A DNA stretch of 64,000 nucleotides from an uncultured Gammaproteobacteria bacterium (GTDB taxonomy: Bacteria > Patescibacteriota > Microgenomatia > UBA8517): positions 14,946 through 78,945 of the forward strand of contig CAZOUV010000003.1 of NCBI GenBank assembly GCA_964583105.1, in the 5' to 3' direction. Below the pieces are notes generated by a model that saw only the letters and a list, made by a program, of their open reading frames with translations, made no database searches and was not told where the DNA came from. Below, piece after piece: positions 63,927-64,000 of this stretch. The translations under genes were made by a program, and so were the position numbers. Each line of letters opens with the position of its first letter. Position 1 is the stretch's first letter.

Positions 63927-64000
63927 ATTTATAACACAATTATAATCTTTTATGATAGAATGTCAAGAGTAGATAAATTTATTCCCTGCAGCAGTCAAGG

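Noticed and set aside
1-64000. Alternative genetic code (UGA recoding, as in some CPR lineages), and CRISPR arrays, rRNA or IS elements.
   Set aside because: TGA terminates many well-conserved genes at the expected lengths and forms ATGA overlaps. I saw no interspaced direct-repeat array, no rRNA-like sequence and no terminal inverted repeats.

Overview
This is an AT-rich, very gene-dense bacterial chromosomal segment. Many genes overlap by 1-40 nt, and several convergent genes overlap at their 3' ends. It reads cleanly with the standard code: TGA is a stop and there are several ATGA start/stop couplings. By inference, the gene content looks like a reduced-genome Patescibacteria/CPR (Microgenomates-like) organism. 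From left to right the window holds: a glycosylation cluster (methyltransferase plus GT2 genes, with a decayed methyltransferase relic); an HUH-transposase-like/SH3 fusion protein; a lactate permease; epmA-efp; a putative cobalamin-riboswitch-gated uptake operon; a long glycolysis/pentose-phosphate supercluster (archaeal-type tpiA, rpiB, compact pgk, gap, split transketolase, class I aldolase, pfkB kinase, 2-hydroxyacid dehydrogenase); two PBP1A paralogues; nrdR-nrdJ-pduO followed by an orphan VirD4/TraD-like ATPase; a Xer recombinase; four tRNAs (Ile-UAU, two CAU, Trp-CCA, none with encoded CCA); then trpS, ftsH, a FEN-like exonuclease, mutM, recF, a Fic protein, an ATP-dependent DNA ligase, pth and gdh. 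There are four type II toxin-antitoxin pairs. I saw no rRNA, CRISPR array, IS element or prophage. The most interesting signal is a canonical T-box antiterminator/terminator, apparently with an ultrashort Stem I presenting UGG. It ends 4 nt before a tRNA-Trp gene and heads a unit of tRNA-Trp, an unknown 468-aa ORF, trpS and a tRNA-binding protein. Other notable signals are a hidden tRNA-Ile(UAU), a likely B12 riboswitch, a recurring intergenic motif GCGGTAAT/ATTACCGC, and a window-wide leaderless-promoter geometry (-10 box 6-7 nt before the ATG). All calls come from reading the sequence and the ORF track by eye; no searches were run.
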